Shown here in pieces: positions 20,876-31,276 of a stretch of DNA of 64,000 nucleotides. The position numbers and the translations under genes are program-made. The notes under the pieces are model-generated. The model did not search any database and was not told the DNA's origin. It worked only from the letters and a program-made list of their open reading frames with translations. The first letter of the stretch is position 1. Every line of letters starts with the position of its first letter. The stretch spans positions 1,696,001 to 1,760,000 of the forward strand of contig CAWGTN010000002.1 in NCBI GenBank assembly GCA_963825525.1, in the 5' to 3' direction. This DNA comes from an uncultured Chloroflexia bacterium. Lineage in GTDB: Bacteria; Chloroflexota; Limnocylindria; QHBO01.

Positions 20876-22041
20876 GCGGTCCGTCGACGTTCTCCTGGTC
20901 GGAGGTGGCGTCGCGTCGGTTCGATGCGCCCGCGCATTGCGGCGCAATGGCTTCGATGGTTCGATCCTGCTGGTCGGCGACGAGGAGCGGCCGCCATACA
21001 ACCGCCCTCCGCTCAGCAAGGAGCTCCTGCGCCTTGATCTGCCGGACGACCTGGTCGATGCCGAGCCCGATGCCTGGTATCGGCGCCGATCGATCGATGT
21101 GATGACCGGCACCGCCGTGCGCACCCTGGAGCCGGAAGGACGGTCGGCGGTGCTCGCGGGTGGCGACACCATCCGTTTCGGCCGATGCCTGCTGGCCACC
21201 GGGGCCGAGCCTCGCCGCCTGTCGACTCCCGGGGCCGAGGAGGCCATGCTGCTGCGAACGTTCTCGGACGCTCGCAGGTTGAGATCCGCGGCAACGTCGA
21301 TGGAGCGCGGGGCCACCGCGGCGGTCATCGGCGGTGGATTCATCGGTCTGGAGGTGGCTTCCGGTCTTGCAGAGCTCGGCCTGCGTCCCATTGTCCTGGA
21401 GCAGGCCGAGAGGCTGTGGGGAGGCCGCCTCGGACGACTTCTCGAAACCTGGGCAGTCGGACCGGCTGCGATCCGCCGGCATCGAGGTCCGGTTCGGCGC
21501 CGAGGTCACTCGCCTCGACCCCGGGTCGATCCATGTCGGCGACGAACGCATCGAGGTCGGAATGGCCGTTGCGGGCATCGGCGTGCTCCCACGCTCGGAT
21601 CTTGCCGCGAGCGCCGGATTGGAGACCGACGACGGCGTGGTGGTGGATGCCGGCGGCCGGACGAGCCACCCGGCGATCTGGGCGGCCGGTGATGTCGCGC
21701 GATACGGGCCACTTCGCGTGGAGCATTGGCACGCGGCCCGAGAGTCCGGTGAGCGTGCTGGCCTCTCGATGCTGGGCCTACCTCTGCCCGACGTTCCGCC
21801 GCCGTGGGTCTTCACCGAGGTTGTCGGGATGGCCGTGGACATCGTCGGCGACGCGGCGGAATGGGACGACGAGCAGTGGCTGATTCCCGATCGCCTGCTC
21901 GTCCACACCAAGGCGGGCAGGGTCGTGCGGATCATCTCCATCGGGTCGGAGATGCCAGCGGGCGTCCTGCGCGAGGTGGTCGCCGCGCGCGAGTCAACCG
22001 AGTCGGTCAGCGCCCGGGCGGCCAGGCTGAACCGCCAGTGA
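20861..22041 (+). CDS. FAD-dependent NAD(P)H:ferredoxin reductase-like oxidoreductase (apparent indels near 20866 and 21460)
   Basis: VLLVGGGVA, PYNRPPLSK, LLATGA, IGGGFIGLEVA, then TSHPAIWAAGDVA and RVEHW in the next frame. Confidence 0.85.
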
Positions 22042-22065
22042 CCGCGGGGTCCCGCCGCCGCGGCG

Positions 22066-23808
22066 ATGCACGTGCTAGCCTCCGGTCACCACTACCCGCA
22101 CCGGGGGGCTCCCTTGCCCCGTCGACACACCGCTCGGACGCTGCCTCTCGCGGTGCTTCTCGTCCTCATCGCGGCCATCGGGCCCGCCCCGCGCCCCGTC
22201 GCGGCAGCCACCGATCGCCTGCCCGATCTGCGGATGGCACGGCTGGCCAACTTCTACACCGAGAACTCCGGCGGGGAACGGCGCCTCAGATTCCAGACGA
22301 TCATGACGAACGAGGGAGCCGGTCCGCTCGAGGTTCGCGGTACGCGAGACAACCTGACCCAGCCGCACCTGCGCACTCGGCAGGCGATATACGACACGGC
22401 GGGCGGCGTCCGACTTCGAGACACCCGCGCCCTTGCCGAGTATGCCGTGGATGGGCACGACCATTGGCACATCCAGGGGGTCATGCTCTACCAGCTGTGG
22501 TCCGCGAATGGGGTCGTGCGGCGCGGAACCAAGGTCGGGTTCTGCTTCCTCGATAGCTATCGGTACAACCTCGCGCTGCCAGGAGCGCCGCAGTCACAGG
22601 TCTACCCGGAACACCTGTGCGGTGATCGAGGCGACCTGACGAATCGGATGGGACTGTCCGTCGGCTGGGGCGACGACTACCCGGCCAACTTTGCATACCA
22701 GTGGATCGACATCTCGACGCTGCCGCCCGGCGACTACACGGTCCAGGCCCGGGCTGACGAGCAGAACTGGTACCTCGAGTCGGATGAGACGAACAACTGC
22801 GCCTACGCGCGGCTCAGGATCACGGCGTCGAATGGACCGGTCACGGTGCTTGGCTCCGGCCTGACCTGTGCGAAACCGCCGGCGTCGACGGCCCGGGTGG
22901 AGCGCCAGTACGGGAACAATCGGTACGAGACGGCCGCCGCAGCATCCGAGGACGCATTCAGCCCCGGGGTGCCCGTCGTGTACGTGGCCAGCGGCGCGAA
23001 CTTTCCCGATGCGCTGGCGGCCGGGGCCGCGGCCGGGTTCCAGGCCGGCCCGGTGGTCCTCGTGGCCAGGAACTACCTCCCGGCCCTCGCGATCACGGAG
23101 CTCGAGCGGCTCGATCCGCAGCGGATCGTCATCGTGGGCGGGACATCCATGATCTCCGAGTACGTCGCGTCACTGATTCGGCCTTACCAGACTGGAGGCG
23201 GGCTCACGCGGCTTGCAGGCACCGATCGGTACGGGACGGCCGCCATGGTCTCCTCGGTGTTCGCGCCCGGGGTCGACACGGCGTACGTCGCCAACGGACT
23301 GAACTGGCCGGATGCGCTGGCCGCCGTTCCCCACGCGGCACGTGCGGGCGCCCCGATCCTCCTCGCACCCACCACGAGCCTCCCGACGGCGACGCGCGAC
23401 GCGCTCGTCCGGCTTCGCCCGCATCGGATCATCGTCCTCGGCGGAACCGCCTCGATTGCGGCCAACGTCCAGGGCGCGCTGGATGCCTACGACCAGGGTG
23501 GGGGAGTCCTGCGCATCGCCGGCGCCGACAGGTATGCGACTGCCGCCGCCGTATCGAAGTTCCATCTCCCGGCCGGAGCCCCGATGGCCTACGTGACCAC
23601 CGGCGAGAACTTCCCGGATGCCCTCGCCGCGGGTGCGCCGGCCGCAGTCAGGGGAGCGCCGACCATCCTTGTCCGTACCGCCGCGGTGACCGCCCCGGCC
23701 GCCACGGAGCTTGAGCGCCTCAACCCGGCGCGGATCATCATCCTCGGTGGGCCGAAGATCGTGAATCAGGCTGTATTCAATCGCATGCTCGACTACGCGG
23801 ACGGCTGA
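22066..23808 (+). CDS. secreted lysyl-oxidase-like domain protein with three cell-wall-binding repeat 2 (CWB2) domains
   Basis: Signal peptide; HDHWH Cu site, KVGFCFLD, GWGDDY...QWIDI, ESDETNN; three G.DRY.TA...FPDALA...PILL...IIVLGG repeats. Confidence 0.85.
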   Translation: MHVLASGHHYPHRGAPLPRRHTARTLPLAVLLVLIAAIGPAPRPVAAATDRLPDLRMARLANFYTENSGGERRLRFQTIMTNEGAGPLEVRGTRDNLTQPHLRTRQAIYDTAGGVRLRDTRALAEYAVDGHDHWHIQGVMLYQLWSANGVVRRGTKVGFCFLDSYRYNLALPGAPQSQVYPEHLCGDRGDLTNRMGLSVGWGDDYPANFAYQWIDISTLPPGDYTVQARADEQNWYLESDETNNCAYARLRITASNGPVTVLGSGLTCAKPPASTARVERQYGNNRYETAAAASEDAFSPGVPVVYVASGANFPDALAAGAAAGFQAGPVVLVARNYLPALAITELERLDPQRIVIVGGTSMISEYVASLIRPYQTGGGLTRLAGTDRYGTAAMVSSVFAPGVDTAYVANGLNWPDALAAVPHAARAGAPILLAPTTSLPTATRDALVRLRPHRIIVLGGTASIAANVQGALDAYDQGGGVLRIAGADRYATAAAVSKFHLPAGAPMAYVTTGENFPDALAAGAPAAVRGAPTILVRTAAVTAPAATELERLNPARIIILGGPKIVNQAVFNRMLDYADG

Positions 23809-23974
23809 CCGGCGGAGCTCGGGCCCGGCGGCCGGATACTCGATCGACAGGTGGGTGCCGCCAACACCTGGACGGAGGAGCGCCTGGTTGTCGAAGGCGT
23901 GGGCGTCGAAACGGGTTCCACCGCGCAGCTCGTGTCCGGCTGATGCGCAGGTGGCGCCGTGGCGTATCAAGGTC

Positions 23975-24526
23975 ATGGACTGGACCTTCCCCCCCGACGC
24001 CGACAGCCCGGCCGATGGCCTATCCCGCATCGCCGATCGACTGATTCTGGAAACCGGCGACGATCGGCTTTCCGGCACGCGCTTTACCTACGACGCCCGC
24101 GAGATGCTGGAGGCGACGCGCGAGATCGAGGCCACATTGGCGGCCGGCGGCCGGCTGTGGGTCGGATTCCAGCGCGCCGCGAAACTCGATCACGAGGCCG
24201 ACCGCTACGCCGCGATCACCGGAGCAGGCACGCACGTCGTGGCGTTCGGCACCGGCGAGCCAAACCTGCCGGACGGCACTCAGCTGCAGTGGATCAGCCT
24301 GGACCCGAGTGTCGAGCGACTCGAAAACCAATGGTTCCTCGTCACGACCGAGCCGGAGCGGATCGCGTTCGTTAGCTGGGAGGTCTCCGAGCCCCAGCAG
24401 TTCGGCGAGGGTGGGATCAGCGCCCCCGGCAAGGAGTTCGTCGGCTTCGTCACCGAGGACGAGCGGGTGATCGGTTCGCTGGTCGAGCACCTCGAGTCGA
24501 CGTCCGGCGCGAGCGAATCGTCATGA
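23975..24526 (+). CDS. stand-alone DICT-like sensory domain protein
   Basis: REIE...LWVGFQR...RY...V.AFG...L..QWFLV pattern. Confidence 0.65.
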   Translation: MDWTFPPDADSPADGLSRIADRLILETGDDRLSGTRFTYDAREMLEATREIEATLAAGGRLWVGFQRAAKLDHEADRYAAITGAGTHVVAFGTGEPNLPDGTQLQWISLDPSVERLENQWFLVTTEPERIAFVSWEVSEPQQFGEGGISAPGKEFVGFVTEDERVIGSLVEHLESTSGASESS

Positions 24527-25032
24527 TCACGATCCTCGTCGCGACCGATGACGGCCGAGATGCAACCGTCTCCGTCGCGCGCGACGCGGCCCTGCGATGG
24601 GCGACGGCGCACGACGCGCGCGTTGTGCTGTACGACCGCGCCGCCGAGTCTTACTTCACCGATCCCTACCCCGGCGGGACCTGGTCCGCCGACGTGGAGG
24701 GCGTCCCCACGCCGGAGCAGCTGCTGGGCGCCGATGATCTCGAGATGCTCGGGCGCCGCTACCTCGCCGACCAGGTCGCCGACGCGCGCCGCTCCGGGGT
24801 CGATGCCCACGGATGGCTTCCGCCGCGGCCGGGCGTGCGGGGCATGGCGGAGGCGATCGAGCGCTTCGACGTCTCGGTGGTCATCCTGCCCGGTTCGATG
24901 TCACAGCCTTCGCTCATCAACCGAGTTCGCCGCAACACGGCCGAACGGTTCCGCGAGGCGCTCGATGCGACCGTCATCGTGGCCGACGGGACGACGGAGA
25001 TCCCCTCGACGCTCGCCTCCGCGAGGAGCTGA
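24523..25032 (+). CDS. universal-stress-protein-like protein
   Basis: TILVATD N-terminal strand, USP-like alpha/beta pattern, ATGA overlap. Confidence 0.6.
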   Translation: MITILVATDDGRDATVSVARDAALRWATAHDARVVLYDRAAESYFTDPYPGGTWSADVEGVPTPEQLLGADDLEMLGRRYLADQVADARRSGVDAHGWLPPRPGVRGMAEAIERFDVSVVILPGSMSQPSLINRVRRNTAERFREALDATVIVADGTTEIPSTLASARS

Positions 25033-25096
25033 ACCGGCGCGAACGTCCGCCTGCCGTTCGGAGCGCGAAGCGAGGAGGGGGACGCTTTGACCACGG

Positions 25097-25158
25097 TTGA
25101 CCTTGGGCTCCGTTCGCGCGAGAATGGTCTCAGAACACCGACCAAATCAGTCGGGATT
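25097..25158 (+). promoter_or_regulatory. suf promoter and Rrf2/IscR-type operator
   Basis: TTGACC-17nt-GAGAAT, then the palindrome CCGAC-CAAATCA-GTCGG (25138-25154). Confidence 0.65.
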
Positions 25159-25198
25159 CGTGTGCAGGCGAATTCCGGCGCGAGCCCACGAGGAGCGC

Positions 25199-26608
25199 AT
25201 GGCCCTTCCGAATCCAGCCCTCAACGAGATTCCCGGCGGCTACAAGTACGGCTGGCACGATGAGGAGAAACCTCTCCAGATCTTCCAGAAGGGGCTGAAC
25301 GCCGAGATCGTCGCCAAGATCAGCGCCGTCAAGGACGAGCCGAAGTGGATGACCGATCTTCGCCTGAAGGCGTATCGGCACTTCGAGGCGCGTCCCATGC
25401 CGACGTGGGGCGGCGACCTGACCGGGATCGACTTCCAGGACATCTACTACTACGTCACGGGCACCGACAAGGCCGTCCAGAACTGGGACGACGTTCCCGA
25501 CTACATCCGTCGCACGTACGACAAGCTCGGCATCCCCGAGGCGGAGAAGAAGTACCTCGCCGGCGTCGGTGGCCAGTACGACTCCGAGGTCGTCTATCAC
25601 AACATCCGCGAGGACCTCGAGAAGCAGGGCGTCATCTTCCTGGGCACCGACCAGGCGCTGAAGGAGCACCCCGAGCTCTTCCGCGAGCACTTCGGAACGG
25701 TGATCCCGGCCAATGACAACAAGCTTGCGGCGCTCAACACCGCGGTCTGGTCGGGTGGCTCGTTCATCTACGTGCCGAAGGGCGTTCACGTGGAGCTGCC
25801 GCTCCAGGCCTACTTCCGCATCAACACCCAGAACATGGGCCAGTTCGAGCGCACGCTGATCATCGCCGACGAGGGTTCGAGCGTGCACTACGTCGAGGGC
25901 TGCACCGCCCCGACGTATTCGACCGCCAGCCTGCACAGCGCCGTGGTCGAGATCATCGTGAAGAAGGGCGCCCGCGTCCGATACACCACGATCCAGAACT
26001 GGAGCTCGAACGTCTACAACCTGGTCACCAAGCGCGCGGTGGCTCACGAGGACGCGGTCATGGAGTGGGTCGACGGCAACCTCGGCTCGAAGCTCACCAT
26101 GAAGTACCCGAGCATCTACCTCCTGGGCGAGCGTGCGCACGGCGAGGTTCTCTCGATCGCATTCGCCGGGGACGGCCAGCACCAGGACGCCGGCGGCAAG
26201 ATCATCCATGCCGCCCCGAACACGACCTCGCTGATCACCAGCAAGTCGATCAGCAAGGGAACCGGCCGCACGAGCTACCGCGGCCTGATCAAGGTCTACC
26301 CGGGGTGCGAGAAGTCGAAGTCGACCGTGCGCTGCGACGCGCTCATCCTGGACGATGACGCTCGCTCCGACACGTATCCCTACATGGAGATCGACGAGGA
26401 GGACGTGACCATCGGTCACGAGGCCACCGTCTCGAAGGTCGGCAGCGAGCAGCTCTTCTATCTGATGAGCCGTGGTCTGTCCGAGGCGGAGGCGTCGGCC
26501 ATGATCGTGAACGGGTTCATCGAGCCGATCGTCAAGGAGCTGCCGATGGAGTACGCGGTCGAGATGAACCGCCTGATCCAGCTCCAGATGGAAGGCGCGG
26601 TCGGCTGA
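25199..26608 (+). CDS. sufB: Fe-S cluster assembly protein SufB
   Basis: [43 protein letters not shown]. Confidence 0.97.
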   Translation: MALPNPALNEIPGGYKYGWHDEEKPLQIFQKGLNAEIVAKISAVKDEPKWMTDLRLKAYRHFEARPMPTWGGDLTGIDFQDIYYYVTGTDKAVQNWDDVPDYIRRTYDKLGIPEAEKKYLAGVGGQYDSEVVYHNIREDLEKQGVIFLGTDQALKEHPELFREHFGTVIPANDNKLAALNTAVWSGGSFIYVPKGVHVELPLQAYFRINTQNMGQFERTLIIADEGSSVHYVEGCTAPTYSTASLHSAVVEIIVKKGARVRYTTIQNWSSNVYNLVTKRAVAHEDAVMEWVDGNLGSKLTMKYPSIYLLGERAHGEVLSIAFAGDGQHQDAGGKIIHAAPNTTSLITSKSISKGTGRTSYRGLIKVYPGCEKSKSTVRCDALILDDDARSDTYPYMEIDEEDVTIGHEATVSKVGSEQLFYLMSRGLSEAEASAMIVNGFIEPIVKELPMEYAVEMNRLIQLQMEGAVG

Positions 26609-26612
26609 ACCG

Positions 26613-27866
26613 ATGACCCTGACCCAGGCCACATCGGCCCTCGACGCCGATGCGATCGGGCGCATCAGCGACCGATCGAACGAACCCGACTGGCTGCGTT
26701 CGCATCGCGCTGGCTGGTTGCTGCGCGCGTCCGAGACTCCGGAGCCGACCGGTCAGGAAGAGGAGTGGCGCCGCACCTCGCTCGACGCGCTGCCGCGGGA
26801 TGCCGAGCTGCTGTTGGACCCGCCGCAGCTCGAGACGCACCTGCCGGTGGGTGCCGCCGAGGCAGGCGTGATCCTCACCGACCTTCGAACCGCCGTGCGT
26901 GAGCACCCCGAGCTCGTCCGGAGCCACCTCGGAATGGCCGATGGGCCGGCATCCCATGCCCACTTCTGGGCGCTGGCCCAGGCCTCGTGGACCGGTGGCG
27001 TGTTCTGCTACGTGCCCCGTGGGGTGACCGTGGATGGGACATTGATTGCTCGACAGGCGCTGCCGCGCGCCGACGTCGCGTTCCACCCGATCTCGCTGGT
27101 GATCGCCGAAGAGTCGAGCAGCGTCACGCTGCTCGAGGAAGTCGTGTCGCCGGACGGGTCCGCGGGCTGGTACGGGGGCATCGTCGAGGTCATCGCCGGC
27201 CAGGACGCGCGGGTGCGGTACGCGAATCTTCAGCAGCTCGGCGACGGCGCGTGGCGAATCGGCGCCGAGCGGGTGGTCGTCGGCCAGGACGCCGTGGTCA
27301 CGACCCTCAACGCGGAGGTCGGGTCTCGGGTGACGAAGCTCGGCCTCGACGTGCTGATGGAGGGCAAGGGCGGAACATCACGCGTCCTGGGCATCCTTGC
27401 GGCAGGCGATGAGCAGCAGATCGACATCAACACGGTCCAGGACCTTGCCGCTGACCACACGACCAGCGACCTCCTCTACCTGTCGGCGCTCTACGACCGC
27501 GCTCACGCCTCGTTCTACGGTGTGACCAATGTTCGGCACGGAACGCGCCAGACGAGCAGCTACCAGGAGTGCCGCAACCTGCTGCTGAGTCCACATGCGG
27601 GCGCGGAGCCGATCCCCGTCCTCGAGATCGAGGCCAACGACATCCTGCGCTGCGGCCACGGGGCGACCGCCGGCGCGATCGACCCGACAACCCTCTTCTA
27701 CGCTCAGGCCCGTGGCCTGGATGCCGATGAGGCAGAGCGCATGATCGTCCGCGGATTCTTCGAGCAGGTGGTGGCGCAGATCGTGGACGAGACGATTCGT
27801 GAGCGCATCCTGGCTTCGTTGGCCCGGCGCATCGGCTCCGAAGAGTCGATTGAGGCTGCATCGTGA
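26613..27866 (+). CDS. sufD: Fe-S cluster assembly protein SufD
   Basis: EEWRRT, NLLLS, P.LEI.AND..CGHGAT, FY..ARGL. Confidence 0.9.
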   Translation: MTLTQATSALDADAIGRISDRSNEPDWLRSHRAGWLLRASETPEPTGQEEEWRRTSLDALPRDAELLLDPPQLETHLPVGAAEAGVILTDLRTAVREHPELVRSHLGMADGPASHAHFWALAQASWTGGVFCYVPRGVTVDGTLIARQALPRADVAFHPISLVIAEESSSVTLLEEVVSPDGSAGWYGGIVEVIAGQDARVRYANLQQLGDGAWRIGAERVVVGQDAVVTTLNAEVGSRVTKLGLDVLMEGKGGTSRVLGILAAGDEQQIDINTVQDLAADHTTSDLLYLSALYDRAHASFYGVTNVRHGTRQTSSYQECRNLLLSPHAGAEPIPVLEIEANDILRCGHGATAGAIDPTTLFYAQARGLDADEAERMIVRGFFEQVVAQIVDETIRERILASLARRIGSEESIEAAS

Positions 27867-28198
27867 CGCCGCTCGAGCAGACCACGGCCAGCGGTTTCGT
27901 CACCGTGGCACGCACCGCGGACGTCGAGCCCGGGACGGTCCGGGTCGTCGAGATTGCGGGCCGCTCCCTGTGTATCGGCCTGACCGAGGACGGCGACTGG
28001 GGGGCCATCGACAACATCTGCACGCACGATGGCGGAACCCTCGGCGAGGGAGAGCTTGATGACTCCGGCGTGGAGTGTCCGCGTCACGGTGGCCGGTTCG
28101 ATCTGTTCACCGGACGCGTGCTCGCCCTCCCGCCCGTCCGACCGGTGGTCGCCTACGAGACCGTCGTCGAGGGCGACGAGGTCCGGGTCAGGTTCTGA
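27863..28198 (+). CDS. Rieske [2Fe-2S] ferredoxin
   Basis: CTHD ... ECPRHGGRFD motifs. Confidence 0.92.
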   Translation: MTPLEQTTASGFVTVARTADVEPGTVRVVEIAGRSLCIGLTEDGDWGAIDNICTHDGGTLGEGELDDSGVECPRHGGRFDLFTGRVLALPPVRPVVAYETVVEGDEVRVRF

Positions 28199-28202
28199 GC
28201 CG

Positions 28203-28697
28203 ATGAAGATCAGCACGCGCACCGAGTACGGCATCCGGGTCCTCGTGACGCTGGCCCGCACCGATGAGGGTGCCTGCCTGTCACTCAGCGAGATCGCCAA
28301 ACGCGAGAAGCTGCCACACGCCTACCTCGAGCAGCTCGTGGGCGACCTTCGCCGAGCCGAGCTGGTGACCGCAACGCGCGGCCAGGCCGGCGGCTATCGG
28401 CTGGCACGACCCGCCTCACAGATTTTCATGACCGACGCGGTGCGCGCGCTCGACGGCCCGCTGCTCGAGATGCCCTGTGCCGGCTCGGAAGACCTGGAGC
28501 ACTGCAACCGACCGGAGCCGTGCAGCGTGCACGAGGTGTTCCAGCGCGTCCACGAGTCGCTCTCGATCTCGCTGGGGACCACGAACCTCGCGGACGTTGC
28601 CGCCGTTGCTGGCGGTCCGCCGTACCCGCAGCAGGTACGACGTCGCCGAGCGATCCAGCGATCAGCCATTACCCCGCAGGAAGCAAGGAACGCATGA
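28203..28697 (+). CDS. Rrf2 family (IscR-like) transcriptional regulator
   Basis: MKISTRTEYG, YLEQL, RG.AGGY.LARP; C-X8-C-X5-C-X2-H. Confidence 0.92.
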   Translation: MKISTRTEYGIRVLVTLARTDEGACLSLSEIAKREKLPHAYLEQLVGDLRRAELVTATRGQAGGYRLARPASQIFMTDAVRALDGPLLEMPCAGSEDLEHCNRPEPCSVHEVFQRVHESLSISLGTTNLADVAAVAGGPPYPQQVRRRRAIQRSAITPQEARNA

Positions 28698-29536
28698 CCG
28701 ACGAACTCGTCATCTCCGGCCTCGAAGTGAGCATCGGGGAGAAGAAGATCCTCAAGGGACTCGATCTGACCGTCAAGAAGGGCGAAGTGCACGCGCTCAT
28801 GGGTCCGAACGGGTCGGGAAAGACCAGCCTGGCATTCACGCTCATGGGCCATCCCGAGTACCGCGTGACCTCCGGAACGGTCACGTGGCGCGGGAGCAAC
28901 CTCCTGGCCCTGACGCCGGACAAGCGCGCACAGCTCGGCGTCTTCCTCGCCTTCCAGTATCCGAGCGCGATTCCCGGCGTGACGGTTGCGAGCTTCCTTC
29001 GCAATATCTACAACGCCATCCATCACCCCAAGCTTCCGGACGCATCGGGTGAGACCTCCATCAAGTACACGGGCATCCCGCTGGCGAAGTTCCGCAAGCT
29101 GATGGAGGAGAAGATGGCCCTGCTCCACATGGATCCGGCCTTCGCGGCCCGATACGTGAACGAGGGCTTCTCGGGCGGCGAGAAGAAGCGGCTGGAGATG
29201 CTCCAGATGGCGATCCTCTCACCGTCCATGGCCATCCTGGACGAGACTGACTCGGGGCTCGATATCGACGCGCTCAAGAACGTGGCCGAGGGCATCAATG
29301 CGACGCTCTCGCCGGAGATGGGCGTCCTGCTCATCACCCACTACCAGCGCATGCTCAACTACGTGAAGCCGCAGTTCGTTCACGTTCTCCTCGACGGCCG
29401 CGTGGTGATGTCGGGTGGCGAGGAGCTGAGCCATCAGCTCGAGGCCAACGGGTACGACTGGGTCCGCGACCAGGTCGGCGTCCCGGATGGTGTCGGTGAC
29501 GAGGCGGCGGCCCCTGAGCCGGTCGCCCAGCACTAA
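28694..29536 (+). CDS. sufC: Fe-S cluster assembly ATPase SufC
   Basis: GPNGSGKT, FQYP..IPGV, NEGFSGGEKKR, LDETDSGLDIDAL, ITHY. Confidence 0.97.
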   Translation: MTDELVISGLEVSIGEKKILKGLDLTVKKGEVHALMGPNGSGKTSLAFTLMGHPEYRVTSGTVTWRGSNLLALTPDKRAQLGVFLAFQYPSAIPGVTVASFLRNIYNAIHHPKLPDASGETSIKYTGIPLAKFRKLMEEKMALLHMDPAFAARYVNEGFSGGEKKRLEMLQMAILSPSMAILDETDSGLDIDALKNVAEGINATLSPEMGVLLITHYQRMLNYVKPQFVHVLLDGRVVMSGGEELSHQLEANGYDWVRDQVGVPDGVGDEAAAPEPVAQH

Positions 29537-29552
29537 GCGGGCGGGACGCGAG

Positions 29553-30812
29553 ATGGCGATCGAGCAGCTTCGGGCCGATGTCTTCGACGGCGCGGCGCTA
29601 CGAGCCGATTTTCCGGTCTTCGAACGTCCGCATCGCTCCGGTCGGCCGCTGACCTTCCTCGACTCGGCGGCGTCGGCCCCCAAGCCGCAGGCGGTGATCG
29701 ACGCGGTGGCCGATGCCTACGCGCATCACTATGCCAACGTCCACCGCGGCATCTACGAGCTGAGCGAGGACGCGACGGCCCGGTTCGAGGATGCCCGGCG
29801 TGCGGTGGCGCGCTTCATCGGCGCGCCGAGTGAGCGCGAGGTCGTCTTCGTCCGCAACGCGACCGAGGCGATCAACCTCGTGGCCTACAGCTGGGGTCGG
29901 ACCAACATCGGGGCCGGTGACCTGATCCTGTCGACGGAGATGGAGCACCACGCCAACATCGTGCCGTGGCAGCAGCTTGCCGCCGAGACGGGCGCCACAC
30001 TCGAGTTCGTCGCCATCACCGACGACGGGCGGCTGGACCTCGACGACCTGCGCGCACGCCTGGCCCGAGGCCCGAAGCTGCTGGCCGTCGGGCACGTCAG
30101 CAATGCTATCGGCACCATCAATTCGATCAGCGAGATCAGCCGCCTGGCACACGATGCCGGAGCCCTCGTGATCCTCGACGCCGCCCAGAGCGTGCCGCAC
30201 ATGCCGGTCGACGTGAAGGCGCTCGGCGTCGACTTTCTTGCCCTCTCGGGCCACAAGATGCTCGGCCCGTCCGGGATCGGAGCGCTGTGGGCGCGCCGCG
30301 ACCTGCTCGAGGCCATGCCCCCCTTCCTCACCGGGGGCAGCATGATCAGCAAGGTCACGCTCACCGGAACGACGTGGGCGGAGGTGCCGCTCAAGTTCGA
30401 GGCGGGGACCCCGGCCATCGCGGAGGCCATCGGCCTGCACGCGGCAATCGACTATCTCGAACGCATCGGGATGTCCAAGGTCCGAGCTCACGAGCGCTTC
30501 CTGTTCGAGCGCGCCCGTGAAGCGCTCGAGGTGATCGATGGCGTCCGGATGCTGGGTCCCGAGTCTGCGGAGGAACATGCCGCGGTCATCAGCCTGGTGA
30601 TCGAGGGAGTTCACCCGCACGACGTGGCGACGATCTTCGACCACCACGGGGTTGCCGTCCGCGCCGGACATCACTGCGCACAGCCCGTCATGGCGCGCTA
30701 CGACCTGCCGGCCACCACCCGCGCCAGCTTCTACGTCTACAACGACGTTGACGACATCGACCGACTCGTCGAGGCAATCGCCGCAACACGCACCCTGTTC
30801 GGGGTCGCCTGA
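29553..30812 (+). CDS. sufS: cysteine desulfurase SufS
   Basis: ANVHRG, MEHHANIVPW, SGHKM, FEAGTP, RAGHHCAQP. Confidence 0.96.
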   Translation: MAIEQLRADVFDGAALRADFPVFERPHRSGRPLTFLDSAASAPKPQAVIDAVADAYAHHYANVHRGIYELSEDATARFEDARRAVARFIGAPSEREVVFVRNATEAINLVAYSWGRTNIGAGDLILSTEMEHHANIVPWQQLAAETGATLEFVAITDDGRLDLDDLRARLARGPKLLAVGHVSNAIGTINSISEISRLAHDAGALVILDAAQSVPHMPVDVKALGVDFLALSGHKMLGPSGIGALWARRDLLEAMPPFLTGGSMISKVTLTGTTWAEVPLKFEAGTPAIAEAIGLHAAIDYLERIGMSKVRAHERFLFERAREALEVIDGVRMLGPESAEEHAAVISLVIEGVHPHDVATIFDHHGVAVRAGHHCAQPVMARYDLPATTRASFYVYNDVDDIDRLVEAIAATRTLFGVA

Positions 30813-30813
30813 C

Positions 30814-31236
30814 ATGGACAACCTGTACCGCGACTTCATCCTCGAGCACTACCGCGAGCCGCACAACAAGGGGGTTCTCGATCCCCACGACCTGCACTTC
30901 GCCGATTCGAACCCGACCTGCGGGGACGAGATGTCGATGACGCTGCTCCTTGATGAATCGAAGCAGCGGGTCGCCGACGTGGCGTTCGACGGCCGGGGGT
31001 GTGCCATCAGCCTGGCATCCGCCTCGATCCTGACCGATGAGCTGCGCGGCATGACCCTGGATCAGCTCCGCGAGATGGATCCGCGCGCCGTGGTCGAGAA
31101 CCTGGGCGTCCCGATCGGCCCCGCTCGCCTCAAGTGCGCACTGCTCGGCTACAAGGTGCTCCAGGGCGCCGTCATCGGCGCCGAGGCGCGCTGGCCGGAC
31201 GAAGCCGACGTGCTGGCCGGCGGGTCGGCACCGTGA
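30814..31236 (+). CDS. sufU: SufU/IscU-family scaffold or sulfur acceptor
   Basis: ILEHYREPHN, NPTCGD, GCAIS.ASAS, RLKCALL. Confidence 0.92.
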   Translation: MDNLYRDFILEHYREPHNKGVLDPHDLHFADSNPTCGDEMSMTLLLDESKQRVADVAFDGRGCAISLASASILTDELRGMTLDQLREMDPRAVVENLGVPIGPARLKCALLGYKVLQGAVIGAEARWPDEADVLAGGSAP

Positions 31237-31276
31237 GTCGGCGCAACCATCCACCCAGCAAGGAATCAAGGCGACC

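Noticed and set aside
16379-22041. Programmed frameshifting or pseudogenisation of the S8 and oxidoreductase genes
   Set aside because: No slippery heptamers seen, and similar indels are scattered through unrelated genes.
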